A DNA stretch of 64,000 nt, taken from the human T2T-CHM13v2.0 reference genome, Homo sapiens. The notes beneath the pieces are model-generated. The model was not told where the DNA came from. It ran no database searches and saw only the letters and a program-made list of their open reading frames with translations. Shown piece after piece: positions 38,352 through 58,924 of this stretch. Where the stretch lies: assembly GCF_009914755.1 (NCBI RefSeq), contig NC_060938.1, one strand, 5' to 3'. How positions within the stretch are numbered: the stretch's first letter is position 1; the number at the start of each line of letters is the position of its first letter. Both the position numbers and the translations under genes were made by a program.

Positions 38352-39650
38352 AGGAATACTATCTTAAAGCTCTTATTCAGCTGGGGTATCAGGGGACTAC
38401 TAATATGCACTGTAGGGGTATTAGCTGTTATACTATTTTAAGTTGTTTTTATTTTTGGTCATATATCTTAGAATTTATACCCGGACTGGATTCATGGCAA
38501 AAGATGGGACACGTGAAGATTCCCACGTTGAAATACAACAAACTATGAAAAACATCAGAAAGAACATTCTCTAAATTCTCTTCAAGATGAGTTCATGAGA
38601 TCTAAAAGTTGCAGTTACATAATAAAACTTCTTATATAGCACTTCAAAATATCTCTATGTCAACAACAACAAAAATATCTCTGATACTTCAAGAAGCTAG
38701 TGGCTGTTATGTGCAATTGCATCTCTAGTTTATTGGGTATAAAGACCATTAATACCTGTAATGTGTTCTTTGCTGGGAAGAACTGGGAGAGAGCAGCCTG
38801 AAACCCTTTTCTAATTTCATCATTTAGAAACAAACATGAACATTTCAAAAATAAACCACTCAGTTTTTTTTTTTAATGGCAAAGGCAAGCATTCCAACAT
38901 TAGGTCATGGAAGCAATTTTAGTCTATTTTTGCTACTGTAAAATGCAGGCAAAATTATTCTATATTAAGTGTGTCCAATCTCAAAACACACCCACAAAAC
39001 AAGATGTTAATGTTAAATGGATTGGTCAGAAATCATGCCTTTCCTTACATAATTAAGTTAAATTAAGGAGCATGTGTTGCTTATTAAGTGGAACAAAATA
39101 TTTATATTTTAAAATAATTATTAAAGATGGCATTAAAAAGTGAAATGTATTATAATCTGAAATAATACTAACCTAAAAATATTTTTAATGCAAAACTCTT
39201 TCTTTATCATGTACCACATATAAATGACATTTGATTTTTTTACATCCCCAAAGAGTGTCACGAGCTTATGTATTCCCTCCCTGTAAAAGAAGTTCAAGAG
39301 TCGTATTTAGACCTTTCAGTATGACATACCAGCCTCTCTGAGACTTAGTCCAAATTCTTTCCATTCACCAATGCACACTACCATCTGGCTAGCCCAAACT
39401 GTTGGAAGTTCCTCTAAGCATGTCCTTTACAAGTCTGGGTTTTTGCATATGCTTCTTTATGCCTGGAATGTTCTTCCATCATCTTCACTATTTTTGAACT
39501 GGAGCATTTCTTTAACGCTTGACATCAACTTCTCTCTAAGGATCTCCCTTTCTGAAAGTCAGGGAGAGTTAGATGTTACTTTCTGTATTCCCAAACCATT
39601 CTTTTCACAATTCATTTAATTACCAGAAAGTTTTGTAACTAGTTGATTAG

Positions 39651-39728
39651 TTCTCTATCTCTCCTGCTAGACTACAAATTCTCTACAAATTCTCTATCTC
39701 TCCTGCTAGATTACAAATTCTCTACAAA
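39651..39728. repeat. 39-bp tandem duplication (1 mismatch) in an L2 remnant
   Basis: ttctctatctctcctgctaga(c/t)tacaaattctctacaaa x2. Confidence 0.9.
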
Positions 39729-40965
39729 AGATTGCCATCTTAAATGACTAAAATAAAATAAAAATGTTGATGCTTAAAAGGTGCCTTCTCAGATCTCCAC
39801 AGCTTTCCTGCAGAACCTAGTCCCTAAGGGAATCTGGATAGATAGGCTGGCTTGGCTTAGAACTACCCACATGTTTCCCCTGAGCTCAGCTGCACCTACC
39901 TGATGGATAACACTCAAGTTGGTCCTCTTATCCCCACAAAAAGTAGGATTCCCTCATTACCTTTGCCGAGGGCCCGGTTGCTGGAGTTAATGAGATAAAG
40001 GCAGAAAAAAACAAAAGAGCCAGGAAATTGCCATAAGACATTATTTCAGTGCCTCTCAAGGAAAGGGACTCTTGGAGAAATGAATCCGCAGTCATGAATA
40101 CAAAAGGTGGCAATTAATTTAGCTTCAGAGAAATCCTGAGAAAAGCCGAGGGAAAAGAGCAGTTCATTCTCTGTTTCTGGGATGGGTATCAAAAGGAGTG
40201 AAAGCCTCCTTGTTTCTAAGAACTCAAGGCTGGGTGGGTCTTCTGGGCATCCTCTGTCTATATCTGAGGTGTGTCAGAAAATCTCTGATTGTGTATTCTG
40301 AAGAGGTGCTCCAAACTTTTTGGAATCCTATTTGAGCAAAACTTGAGGTCTGAGAAAGTAAAAAGATGGGTCTTCAGTGTGTAACTTCTCCTTTCTGATT
40401 GAAAGGGCAATAGCACATCCTACCAACTTTACCCTAACACTTCTCTAAAGAAAAAGATGCAGGTTCAAATTGGGTGCCCTAAATGCCTTCCAAGAGAGTT
40501 TGCTCATTTAATTCAGCTCCAGATGATTGGACTGAAAGCAATTTGAGCAAAAGCAATTTGGTCAAACATAAGTTGGCCAGTGAGATAATTTTGGTCAAAA
40601 ATGGATTTCAGTCATGGATTTTTCATTTGTTAAATCATTTTGGCTGATCACAAGGGAGGTTTTGCAATCATTAATGCATGTGTTTGGCACTTTTTGTCTC
40701 CCCTCTTTACTTTTTTCAGTGCAGTAAGTATTTTCTCTTATTCTTTTGATGTTTTAAATTTGGAATTAAATTTCAAACAATTCCAGCTCTACACTGTGTA
40801 TGGTAATGAAAAATTGGAAACACCCAAAATGTTTGGCAAAAGAGAAATAGCTGAAATAACCCCATGTCCAACACTTGGTGGATTGCTGAAATAAATTACA
40901 GTATATTTCAAAGAAAATCCTCAGATATCCCCTCAAATTACCTATTTATCAAGACCTAGACCTAA

Positions 40966-41316
<351 letters not shown>

Positions 41317-41383
41317 TAGAAAAATCTAGAAGATAAATATCTTAATGATTGTTTCTGATGGGTAGGCCTATGGGGGTACTTTA

Positions 41384-41776
<393 letters not shown>

Positions 41777-41899
41777 TAGTTACATTTGTTTATTTTTTTT
41801 CCTTTTAACAAATACTGATTGCTTTTTTAATAGGAAAAATAATTTAGGAAACTTCTTTAATTAAACCATAAAAGAGAATGATCTGGGATTTTCGTGCTC

Positions 41900-42200
41900 T
41901 GTGGATGCGGTAGAGACTCCCAGTTGCCTACGTTACTATCATGTTATTTGAGGCAGCAATGCGCTCAGCCAGAGGACTGCCTTTCCCAGCCTCCCCGGTA
42001 GCTGGATGGGCTTTGGGACTGGGTTCTGACCTTAGCAGAGGGGTTATGTGGTCCTTCCAGAACATCTCCTTAAAAGGGGTGGAGTGGGCTTTTCCCAGCT
42101 TCAAGTCCTGGTGCCTGGAACTTAGATGTGATGGCTAGCAATTCCACAGAGTAGGTCAGGGATCATTGGCTAGAAATGAACTAAACAGTAAAGGAACAAC
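41900..42200. mobile_element. Old ERVL LTR remnant (LTR16-like)
   Basis: 'ctttcccagcctcc...ctgggttctgacc...tgcctggaacttagatgtgatggct'. Confidence 0.45.
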
Positions 42201-42315
42201 CAGCAAACCTTCCTCAGGCAGACATGAAAACATTAGGAAAAACAGACAAAAGTTCATAGAGGCTGCAAAATCACCCCAAAAGGCACCAGACTTAATAATA
42301 CCTTTAAAAAGTTGG

Positions 42316-42609
<294 letters not shown>

Positions 42610-44079
42610 TGTGGAGATATTTATGCAACAAGATGAAGATAGGTGCCAAGTAGGAGTTGTTTTCCACATTGTTTGGAACTGATAATTCACTTTACTGCTG
42701 AAAACAAAACCACTAGTTTCCCCACATCATAAATAAAGAGGATGGCCAGCTGTTGGCATAGAAACATTCCAGAATCACTTGCTGAGAGGCAACACTTTCA
42801 GCAGGTCCCACACTAGCACCAACACCAAATCCCAGTACCCCTTGCAGCCCCTCCTAGTCTCCCATCCCATCATCTCACATCCAATAGAGGACTGTGAGGG
42901 GGCGAAATGGTTTTTTAAGTAGGAGAACAGTATGAAAAGCAGCTGTGTCTCACCTTGCTCTCCTTATGGGGATGGAGAGTAACTCCAAGACAAGTGGAAG
43001 GAGCTGGGCCTGGAGAGAATCATCTGTACAACATGGGAATATCTTCGAGAGGGGTAGGCTGGCATTTCAACTGCTGGTTGGGGCTAGAGAAAGAACCCTT
43101 GGAGAGATGATTAAGAGAGATGACCAGATAAGGAGGAGGCAAAAACCATCCCTTCACACATCTTATTCCTAGAGGTACAGAAAATAGATAGATTTTACGT
43201 ATGCTGGCCAATTCCAGGATTATGGGCCTTTTTGGGTTGATGAGGTAGGGGATGTGGGCTCACTGGGGGCCATCACCAAGGAGCAAGGAGCCAAGGCCTC
43301 CCAGGGAGGGCAGCTTAGACTACCCATAGTGGGGCCATCCTGAAGATGTGATCGCTCCTCTTAAGGGACTCCACATACCTCAGAATCAGTTTGAAAGTGA
43401 GTCTCACATCCATGAGGCCTGTTGAGACCATCATCCATCCATATCCAGATGAGAGAAAACAGAAAAGTAGTTACAACCAACCAAGGAAAGGGTCAAACGT
43501 CCACCGGCTTGTATGGAGCCAGTGCTATCTTCCTGCTCTCTCCTCCCACCCCAACATCAGCAGGAATTGCATAGCAAGTCAGGAGGGGTGTGTCAGGGAG
43601 AGTTGACTGTGTCCCGTAATGCTCCAGTCTAGTCTGGGCTTGGCAAGGGTGAGCAGGATGGGGAGCTGTGCCTTGAATTTGAAATTGAGAGGTGCCTATA
43701 AACAGGAACTGAACTTTATGGCCTAAAATGAGATGATTTTGATAACTGAAAGTGATTGAAGAGCTATGGGCTTAAACTGACATGTCTTTAAGGAATTTCA
43801 CTCTTCTAGTGGGAAGAAGTATTAGACAGAGCCCAGCAGAAAGCAGGGACTGGAAAAGCAGAACCATATCATATTTACACTCCTATATGGGATTCCTCTT
43901 CATTAAACCAATTATATTTCTTTTCAAAAAGTTGTCCAGTTGACCATACTGTTTTACATCAATGGTATGCTCTTTGTGAAGGCTTGATAGGACATGTAAT
44001 GAGGTGGTCACACAGTACAGATATGAAAGAAAGTTCTAGAAAGCCAGTTTATGGTACATTTTTGTGTTAAATACCTTTA

Positions 44080-44594
44080 GTGAACCACTCGATTTCTCTC
44101 AGTCTCACCTGTCCTTGGGACCTACGACCACTTGGGCTGCTCCAGTGGACATTTTCTCAAGGACTCCAGTCAACTTCAGAAGAGCACAATTCCATAACCC
44201 CTTGGCCTCTCGTCCTACTGCACTTCTTCCACCCCCTCCCCGGGGCATTCCTAATGATGGGGAGCCACAACTCTACTGTGAGATATTCTAGGGTGCCTAG
44301 CACAGCCCCAAAGTGTGGAAGTTCATGCCCTGTGAGTGAATCTGTGACCAATAAGAGATGTCCCCTTTCTTCCAGGGACAGACTGCCTTGGGATGCCATA
44401 TACAGCACCCCTCTGAAGTTAAGCCTTTGAGATTAAGCAGTCAGCTGTGCTTGACACCAAGCATCCCTCCTTTTCTGCCTCACCCCTCTTTTTGCTCACT
44501 CTTACTTCCCTGGGATTGTACTCCTTAATAAGGAATAACACCTAAGTCTTTGCCTCGAGCTCTGCTTCTGAGGAAGTCATGCTGGGCTGGGACA
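44080..44594 (+). mobile_element. ERVL solo LTR (LTR16-group)
   Basis: 'gaccaataagagatg', 'ctccttaataagg...ttgcctcgagctctgcttctgaggaa...gctgggaca'. Confidence 0.55.
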
Positions 44595-45152
44595 GGTGTA
44601 AAAACCTGCCTTGCATTTTCAAAGTATTGCATTTTAGGTTCTATGCCAGATTCGCCTTTAAAATTGGCTTAACCTTGTGAGTGTTAGCACTGAAGATGCT
44701 AGCAGCTAGAGATGAGCAAGTAGGTTTCTTATCTGCATTATACCAACAAGTGATCACTTGTCTGCCAGAAGAAAGTGAAATTAGAAAGGCTCTCAGCCCC
44801 CAGCTCCAATGTGACTACCATGACTGTGATTCCAGGGGACCTTTCCCAGGTGGAGGGAGACCATCCTTTGCCTTGCAAATGGAATTATGTTGAAATGACA
44901 GTAATTGGGGGAAACAAAATTACTCTCTAAACACTGTTGCTACAGTCACTGCTGAGACTCAAACTGAACTTAACAAGCTTCCCCAACAAAGGAAAATGAC
45001 TTATCCTTCAGTGGGCTAAATTGAAAGTAAAATATCCATTTTGAAAGACAGAAAACCCATTATAGCTATAGAATTTCTGCCAACTAAATTAGGCAACCTT
45101 TTTTGCTGAACCCTAAAACTTGATGGCATATCAAAACTTGACACAATATAGT

Positions 45153-45494
45153 TGCCATGGTTTGAATATTTGTCCCCTCAAAACTTGTGTTGAAATTGAA
45201 TTGCCGTTGTGACATTATTGAGAAGTGTGACCTTCAAGATGCAATTAGGCCATGAGGATCCACCCTCATGAGTGGGATTGGTGTTGTTATAAAAGGGTGA
45301 GTCTGATCACCTTTTACTCTCTTGCCCTCTCTCTTTCTGCCCTGTGATGACATAGCAAGAAGTCGCTTGCTGGATGCCAGCACCTTGATATTGGACTTCT
45401 CATCCTCCAGAACTGTGAGCCAATACATTTCTATTCATTACAAATTACCCAGTCACAGGTATTCTGTTATAGCAGCACAAAATGGACTAAGACA
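45153..45494 (+). mobile_element. MST (MaLR) solo LTR
   Basis: TG...'aatggactaagaca'; 5-bp TSD atagt / gtagt. Confidence 0.88.
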
Positions 45495-46879
45495 GTAGTT
45501 TCCCAAAGGGCTAAACTGTCTAACTCCAGGCCAAGGTCTTTTGGGCATCACCCAATCAATTTCTTTTGTAATCACACAGTGGCCAATCGTGTATGACCAG
45601 GAATCAAAACCATCTCTACTGAGCTTTTTCTTTCTTTTTTCTTTTTTTCATTCAATGATTAGCTCCTTTGCAATTTGGCTAAAGAAAACAGAATAGCCAG
45701 AATAACAATTACATGAGTCTGATTCACCTAGAAAGCAGGAGGAAAATAGAAAGGAAGAGTCTTCAGCCTTAGTTAGGCTAATTTACATTACTACCTCCTT
45801 ATGAGATACCCAGTGCTGTTGAGGGTGGGAAGGTGAAGAGGTTGTGTTTTGGGGTATAGGAGGGTGTGATTTTGCATATGGCCCCTGGATACTATTTAAG
45901 GAGTTGTTGCTACAGAGGTCTGGGGAGTCTAAGAATTCATCCAGAGCTAAGAGGGTTTTAGTGGGCTTGTGCCTGCTCTGTAAGTGAGGAATGAGGCGTT
46001 TCCACAGTGATACTGGCTTGGTATCACGGGAAGCACACCAAGGCTAGGAAAAGTTCCTGGGGAAATGATTTTCCAAAGATCTGTGGTGCTCAACTACTGT
46101 CACTGTTTGATTCTGGTAGTCACCCTGGAGGCCCTGGCTCAGAACATCTGGAGGGAGGGCATTTGCAGCCAGGGATGACAACCAGGTGCATAGGGGCAGC
46201 TGCCAGGGTCTTTTCCCTCCCAATGTGGGCCCAGGATTCCAGAACTGTCCACTGTGATCACCCAGCTGAGGACTCACTTGAAAAGTGAGCCTTATTAGGA
46301 GGCCTTGGGCCTCCCATCCCAGTCATTCTAAAAGGTGTGCAGAGGCTTGGAACTTTCTGGGGCTGGCAGAGATTGTGTACAAGTTCTCCTGGGAGGAGGA
46401 GAAAATTACATTAGTGAGGTGGGAACATTGTAGAAATGAAATCCTCTGTTTGACAGTTCAGCCAAAGCTTTCCCCAGCCCAGGGGTTCCAGCTGACTTGT
46501 GGCACAGAATGGAACAGCACAGGTAGAGCTTCTGGCGCTGAGACCCTGTTCCCATAGACTGAGCTTGTTTGGGTCTGTTCTAGGCTCTACCTGCTATTTG
46601 GGGGGTGAGGACTATTTGGTGAGTTCAGGGTAGTTTGAATGGTTGGACAAAGCAATCAAAACAGTCAAAAAATGACTAAGGAAAAGGAATAGAGGGGACA
46701 TCCCAAACCAGGGCATTTTCTCCAGAATCTTCTACTCACAAAAAATAGAGGCCAACAGAGACTATAGACATGTGCTTGATAGAAGCCAAACTGCCTCCCG
46801 AGGTTACATAAATCTCCTTATTGTTATTCCCCAAATGATTTCCATATTCTTTCCTCTCGTCTCTGAGGACCTTCTCTCC

Positions 46880-47380
46880 TCAGAACGTACACTGTGTATT
46901 CCCAAGGTTTGGTCTTTAGCTCTTTGATCTGATTTTTTTCCCTCTTTTGAAAGCTAATTCCCAAAAAGCTGACTCCCTAAATATTACCTTGTGGATTCCC
47001 CTAAACCAGCCTCTATTCCTGACTGTAGATTTTTTCCATATGGATGCTCATGTTACCTAGGTGTCACCTGCAAGCCCAGTGCCTTGAGGTCCTCCCTGAC
47101 CCCTTTGTCTCCACCCACCACATTGGCATGACCATCAGGTTCAGACTATCCCTCTTTCCTTTCCCTTTTTTTGCTGTTCCCATGTCTATTACCCTGACCA
47201 AGATCTTCGTCATCTCACTCCTGAGTTATTGTGTCAAGGAATCTAGCCAACAGCATTCTTTTCCTCTCCAGCTCATTCTGTGCCCCCTACTGTCGAATGA
47301 ATTTTCCTTGAGCATCTGTACTGTGTCCTGTCACCCACTTACATCTAAACCTCCAACATCGATTTCCTGGAGCACTGAAT
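46880..47380 (+). mobile_element. L2 remnant
   Basis: 'tggatgctc...gtcacctgcaagccc...catctcactcctgagttattg'. Confidence 0.5.
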
Positions 47381-48058
47381 TTGAGCTCAATGTGTATGGG
47401 GGTGGAGGGGGTGGTGGAGGGGATGGTGGAGATGAGAGGGAAGGTGAGGAAGGAGCCAGGTAGGCTTCCCTGCTCCTTGACAACTTTGCAGGGAGCATGC
47501 TGTGGGCAGCCACCCAGCAGGACTCTGGCCCTGGTTTAGACAGAAGTTGATTCAATTCTAACTACAAGTGAACACAATACCACCCCAACTCCTCAGCCAC
47601 CAACTCATGTTCGTCTCACTAAGAGAAGCTGAAAAATGAGCAGTTTTCTACACTTCCATCCACAGGATCAGATAAAAGAAGAACTGATTCGGTGACTCAG
47701 GGCTTCCTTCTGCTGCTGACACTCCTACCCTCTTGCCTATGGTACACAGTTTCCAGGACTAGGTTTGCCTGATCTATGTGGCATGGCGGGACTCTGATCA
47801 GGATGGAAAGGGGGAGTGATTCCTTTTCTTCTCAGCTTAACGCAGTGCTGTCTTTTCTGCCCTTGGAACTTAACCCGGATTGAGAGGTGCTCACTAGCTG
47901 CTATGGATACTTGGGTCTCTTGTCATCCCTTTCATGTGGAAACTCCTTAAAGAGAATGTTAAATCTAATACTCCAACTGCATAGAACTCTAAGAATGGAA
48001 GAGGGGGTATGTGTAAATAAAGACAGTCTATTCCAAAACCCAATATCAGTAAGTTTTT

Positions 48059-54252
<6,194 letters not shown>

Positions 54253-54868
54253 CCAGTATCAGTAAGTTTTTACAAAAATCCAGCAGTTTGTTTCATCCTT
54301 GCCATAGCTCCCTTTCTTTAGGGGTGCTGATGTACAATTAGAGTCCCACCAAACTTTTGCTTTTGTGTGTGGTTTTATGTCATTGAGTCAGACACACTGG
54401 GCAGATATGTTCATGTTTCTGGATATCTGTATCGTTCACTTCATAGTGTATTTTTTTTTCTTCCCCCCACAGCACCCTTACCTGGGTTCTCAACCATGCA
54501 ATATGCTGATCCCGATGTTTACAAAAAGGGAAGAAAAACCCCAAGATTCAAAATTCTAAGCTGTAAGACCTCACCAGGAAAAAAACTCAATATGGATTTA
54601 TAGAAAAAATTATTTTCATTTGCCCTCTTTGAAAGCACAAAATGAAAGTTCTTGAAGGTATAACAGTTAATTCTGAAATTTGCTGTATTTAGAAATGAAA
54701 GAAGATTTGGCTGGACATAATAGTAGCAATATAGAGAAATGGTTAAGAGCTTTAAAGACAGAACTGACTCTACTGTGTGGCTTAAGAGAATTGACTTAAC
54801 CTCTCTGAACAACTATAATATGAGCAAGATGACTCCTTATAGTGTTGTGAATATTAAATGACAGGTGC

Positions 54869-57170
54869 TGATATGGTTTGGCTGTGTCCCCAGCCAAATC
54901 TCATCTTGAATTGTAGCTCCCATAATTCCCATGTGTTGTGGGAGGGACCTGGTGGGAGGTAATTGACTCATGCAGGCAGGCCTTTCCCATGCTTTTCTCG
55001 TGGTAGTGAATAAGTCTCACAAGATCTGATGGTTTAATAAGGGGAAACCCATTTCACTTGGTTCTCATTCTCTCTTGTCTGCTGCCATGTAAAATGTGCC
55101 TTTCGCCTTCTACTATGATTGTGAGATCTCCCCAGCCATGTGGAACTGTGAGTATATTAAAGTTCTTTTTCTTTATAAATTACCCAGTCTTGGCTATGTC
55201 TTTATCAGCAGTGTGAGAACCAACTAATACAGTCAATTGGTACTGGTAGAGTGGGGTGCTGCTGTAAAGATATCCAAAAATGTGGAAGCAACTTTGGAAC
55301 TGGGTAACAGGCAGAGGTAGGAACAGTTTGGAGGACTCAGAAGAAGACAGGAAAAAGGGGGAAAGTTTGGAACTTCCTAGCGACTTGTTGAATGGCTTTG
55401 GCCAAAATACTGATAGTGATGTGGAAATAAAGTCCAGGCTGAGGTGGTCTCAGATGGAGATGAGGAACTTATTAGGAATTGGAGCAAAGGTGGCTCTTGT
55501 TATGTTTTAGCAAAGAGACTGGTGGCATTTTGCCCCTCCCCTAGAGATTTGTGGAACTTTGAACTTGAGGGAGATGATTTAGGGTATCTGGCAGCAGAAA
55601 TTTCTAAGCAGCACGGCATTCAAGAGGTGACTTGGGTGCTGTTAAAGGCATTCAGTTTTATAAGGGAAGCAGGGCATAAAAGTTTGGGAAATTTGCAGCC
55701 TGACAATGCTGTAGAAAAGAAAATCCCATTTCTGAGAGAAATTCAAGCCAGCTGCAGAAATTCGCATTAGTAATGAGGAGCTGAAAATTAATCCCCAAGA
55801 CAATGGGGAAAATGTCTCCAGGGAATGTCAGAAGTCTTCACTGTAGCCCCTCCTATCACAGGCTCAGAGGCCTAGGAAGACAGAGTGGTTTTGTGGGCCA
55901 GGCCTAGGATCCCTCTGCTGTTGTGCAGTCTAGGAACTTGGTGCCCCTTGCCTCAGCCACTCCAACTGTGGCTAAAAGGGGCCAACACAGAGCTGAGACT
56001 GTGGCTTCAGGGGGTGTAAGCCCCAAGCCTTGGCTGCTTCCATGTGATATTGAGACTGTGAGTGCACAGAAGTCAAGAATTGAGGTTTGGGAACCTCTGT
56101 CTTGATTTCAGAGGATGTATGGAAATGCCTGGATGTCCAGGAACAAGTTTGCTGCAAGGGCAGGGCCCTCATGGACAACCTCTGCTAGGGCTGTGTGGAA
56201 GGGAAATGTGGGGTTGGAGCCCCCACACAGAGTCCCCACTGGGGTGTTGCCTAGTGGAGCTGTGAGAAAAGGTCCACTGTCCTCCAGACCCCAGAATGGT
56301 AGATCCACCAACAGCTTGCACCATGCACCTGGAAAAGCCATAGACACTCAATGCCAGCCTGTGACAGCAGCCGGGAGGGAGGGTGTACCCTGCAAAGCCA
56401 CAGGGGTGGAGCAGCCCAAGACTGTGGGAGCCCACCTCTTACATCAGTGTGACCTGTATGTGAGACATGGAGTCAAAAGAGATCATTCTGGAGCTTTAAG
56501 ATTTGACTGCCCCACTGGATTTCAGACTTGCATGGGACCTTCAGCCCCTTCATTTTGGCCAATTTATTCCATTTGGAATGGGTGTATTTACCCAATGCCT
56601 GTACCCCCCTTGCATCTAGGAAGTAACTAACTTGCATTTGATTTTACAGGCTCATAGGCAGAAGGGACTTGCCTTGCCTTAGATCAGACTTTGGACTGTG
56701 GACTTTTGAGTTAATGCTGAAATGAATTAAGACTTTGGGGGACTGTTGGAAAGGCATGATTGGTTGTGAAATGTGAGAACATGAGATTTGGGAGGGGCTG
56801 GGGTGAAATGATATGGTTTGGCTGTGTCCCCACCCAAATCTCATCTTGTATTGTAGCTCCCATAATTACCACATGTTGTGGGAGGGACCTGGTGGGAGAT
56901 AATTGAATCATGGGGGCAGTTTCCCCCATACTGTTCTCATGGTAGTGAATACGTCTCAAGAGGTCTGATGGCTTTATAAGGGGAAACCCCATTCCCTCAG
57001 TTCTCATTCTGTCTCGTCTGCCACCATGTGAGACGTGCCTTTCACCTTCCATCATGATTGTGAGGCCTCCCTAGCCATGTGGAATTGTGAGTCCATTAAA
57101 ACTCTTTTTCTTTATAAATTACCCAGTCTCAGGTATGTCTTTATCAGCAGTGTGAGAATGGACTAATACA
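54869..57170 (+). mobile_element. Complete THE1 (MaLR) element: 5'LTR 54869-55231, internal 55232-56808, 3'LTR 56809-57170; inserted in a MIR
   Basis: Both LTRs read tgatatggtttggctgtgtcccc...ctaataca; purine tract before the 3'LTR; TSD ggtgc / gctgc. Confidence 0.95.
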
Positions 57171-57344
57171 GCTGCTTAGTGTGGAGGCTGACACAATGTA
57201 GGAGACAAAAATCATAAATTCCCCAAACTAAAGGTGTATCTGACAATTGGACAGTATGTCTTTCTTTCTCTCTGTCTGTTTGTCTTTCTTCTCTTCCTCC
57301 CTCCTCCCTTCCTTCCTTTATTTTTATTGGAAGCCTATGCTCTG

Positions 57345-57875
57345 AAAGTTTTCTGTTATGTGTATATAAAATATGCATAACATAAAACTTACCATTTTAA
57401 ACCATTTAAGTGTGCAATTCAGTGGCATTAAGTACATCTACATTGTTCCACAACCATCTCCACCATATATCCCCAGAACTTTTACGCCATCCCAGACTGA
57501 AATTCTGTATTCCTTAACTCTGTTAATTTCCCCTCTCAGCTTCTGGTAACCACTCTTCTATTTTCTGTCTCTATGAATTCACCTATTCTAGCTAACTTAT
57601 ATGTGTGGAATCATGTAATATCTGTCCTTTTGTGTCCGGCTTATTTCACTTAGCACAATGTCCTAAAGTTTTATCCGTGCTGTAGTGTATGTCAGAATTG
57701 CATTTCTTTTTATGGCTGAATAATATTCCATTGTATGTGTATATGTGTATATCGCATTTGGTTTATCCATTCATGTGTTGATGTGGGCATTTAGGTTGCT
57801 TCCCCCTTTTGGCAATCATGAATAGTGCTGCTATGAACATTGGTATATGCATACCTGTTTGAGCCCCTGCTTTCT
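57345..57875 (-). mobile_element. L1MB-type 3' end
   Basis: 'cataacataaaacttaccattttaaaccatttaagtgtgcaattcagtggcattaagtaca'. Confidence 0.82.
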
Positions 57876-58924
57876 GCAAAGCACTTTTAAAATATGTGGT
57901 TCATTAAGAAAAATTATGCAGAACTTGGAACTAGGCAAAAGACATTACTGGATGACCTTACAATGAAGTGCTAGGTGCTGTTGAATGGAACAGGTCTATC
58001 CTAATGGGAATGATCTGATTTTCTAGGGATGCTTACCTTTGTCTGAGTTGCGTTCATGACTGATAGCATTACAATGGTTCTTGCCCAATAGCAATGAAAA
58101 TGATTTCTGCCCAGGAGAAAAGAAAGCTAATCCAAGGTTATAATTAATTCCTTTCAGGATATTTAATAGGTTTAAAAGAGTGAAAGAAAGAGAAAATCTG
58201 TTTAATGTTAATTAGGATGATTTTTGCATCTTTGTTTATATCTTGCTCTGCTTTCCAAAAAACTATATCATATAGATGTGCTTATCCCTTCACCTACCAG
58301 ATGTTTCCCCTAAATTGCCTTTCATTAGGCCAGAGCTGGTTCTGGGTCAAACAGCCAAGAAACCCTTGTTTGGGTGTTAATGACATATCCCAAAACTTCC
58401 TCCTGTGCCAGGCTTTTACCTGAGCCTTGACTTCCTAGAGAGGCTGATTTCGAGTCAGTGTTTCCTTTTTCAGGGGCATTTACATTTTAAGCCTCTTAAC
58501 TGTGGCCTAAGTAAACTCTGAAAAAGGAATTTCAGGTTTTTTAAATCAATATGATAACTCAGAAAATATTTATTAAGTATCTGTAATGTAGTTTTTGGTT
58601 TTTCTAAATGCTATCTTCATCTAGTTTGGGGGCCTGGCTAAAGGCCGACTAGTTCCCCTTTTTGAATGGCTGATTCAGTTCACACTGCCAGCATCTCTCA
58701 GACTCTGGACCTCTGTGCACCCACTGTAATTGCCCCAGAGCCAGGTATGGGACAGTTAGGGACAGCCCCTATGTCCTGGAGTCCACAAAATTATTCAAAT
58801 TAGCTAAACCACAGAAAGTCCATGAAAGCTAGCTAACCCCACCCTGATTGCTATACTAAGCTGCCTCTACAGCTCCAGCTCCAAATTACCTGTCCTTAGA
58901 CAACCCTCAGTGTGGCCCGGCCTT

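Noticed and set aside
42830-43930. Possible ancient Gypsy-like or ERVL LTR
   Set aside because: Too degenerate to assign by eye; needs a Dfam search
47044-47555. Poly-Gly / poly-Pro ORFs on opposite strands
   Set aside because: Produced by a G-rich low-complexity tract plus an L2 remnant; no coding signature
56115-56630. 171-aa ORF as a host gene
   Set aside because: Lies in the THE1 internal region; remnant of the frameshifted MaLR ORF
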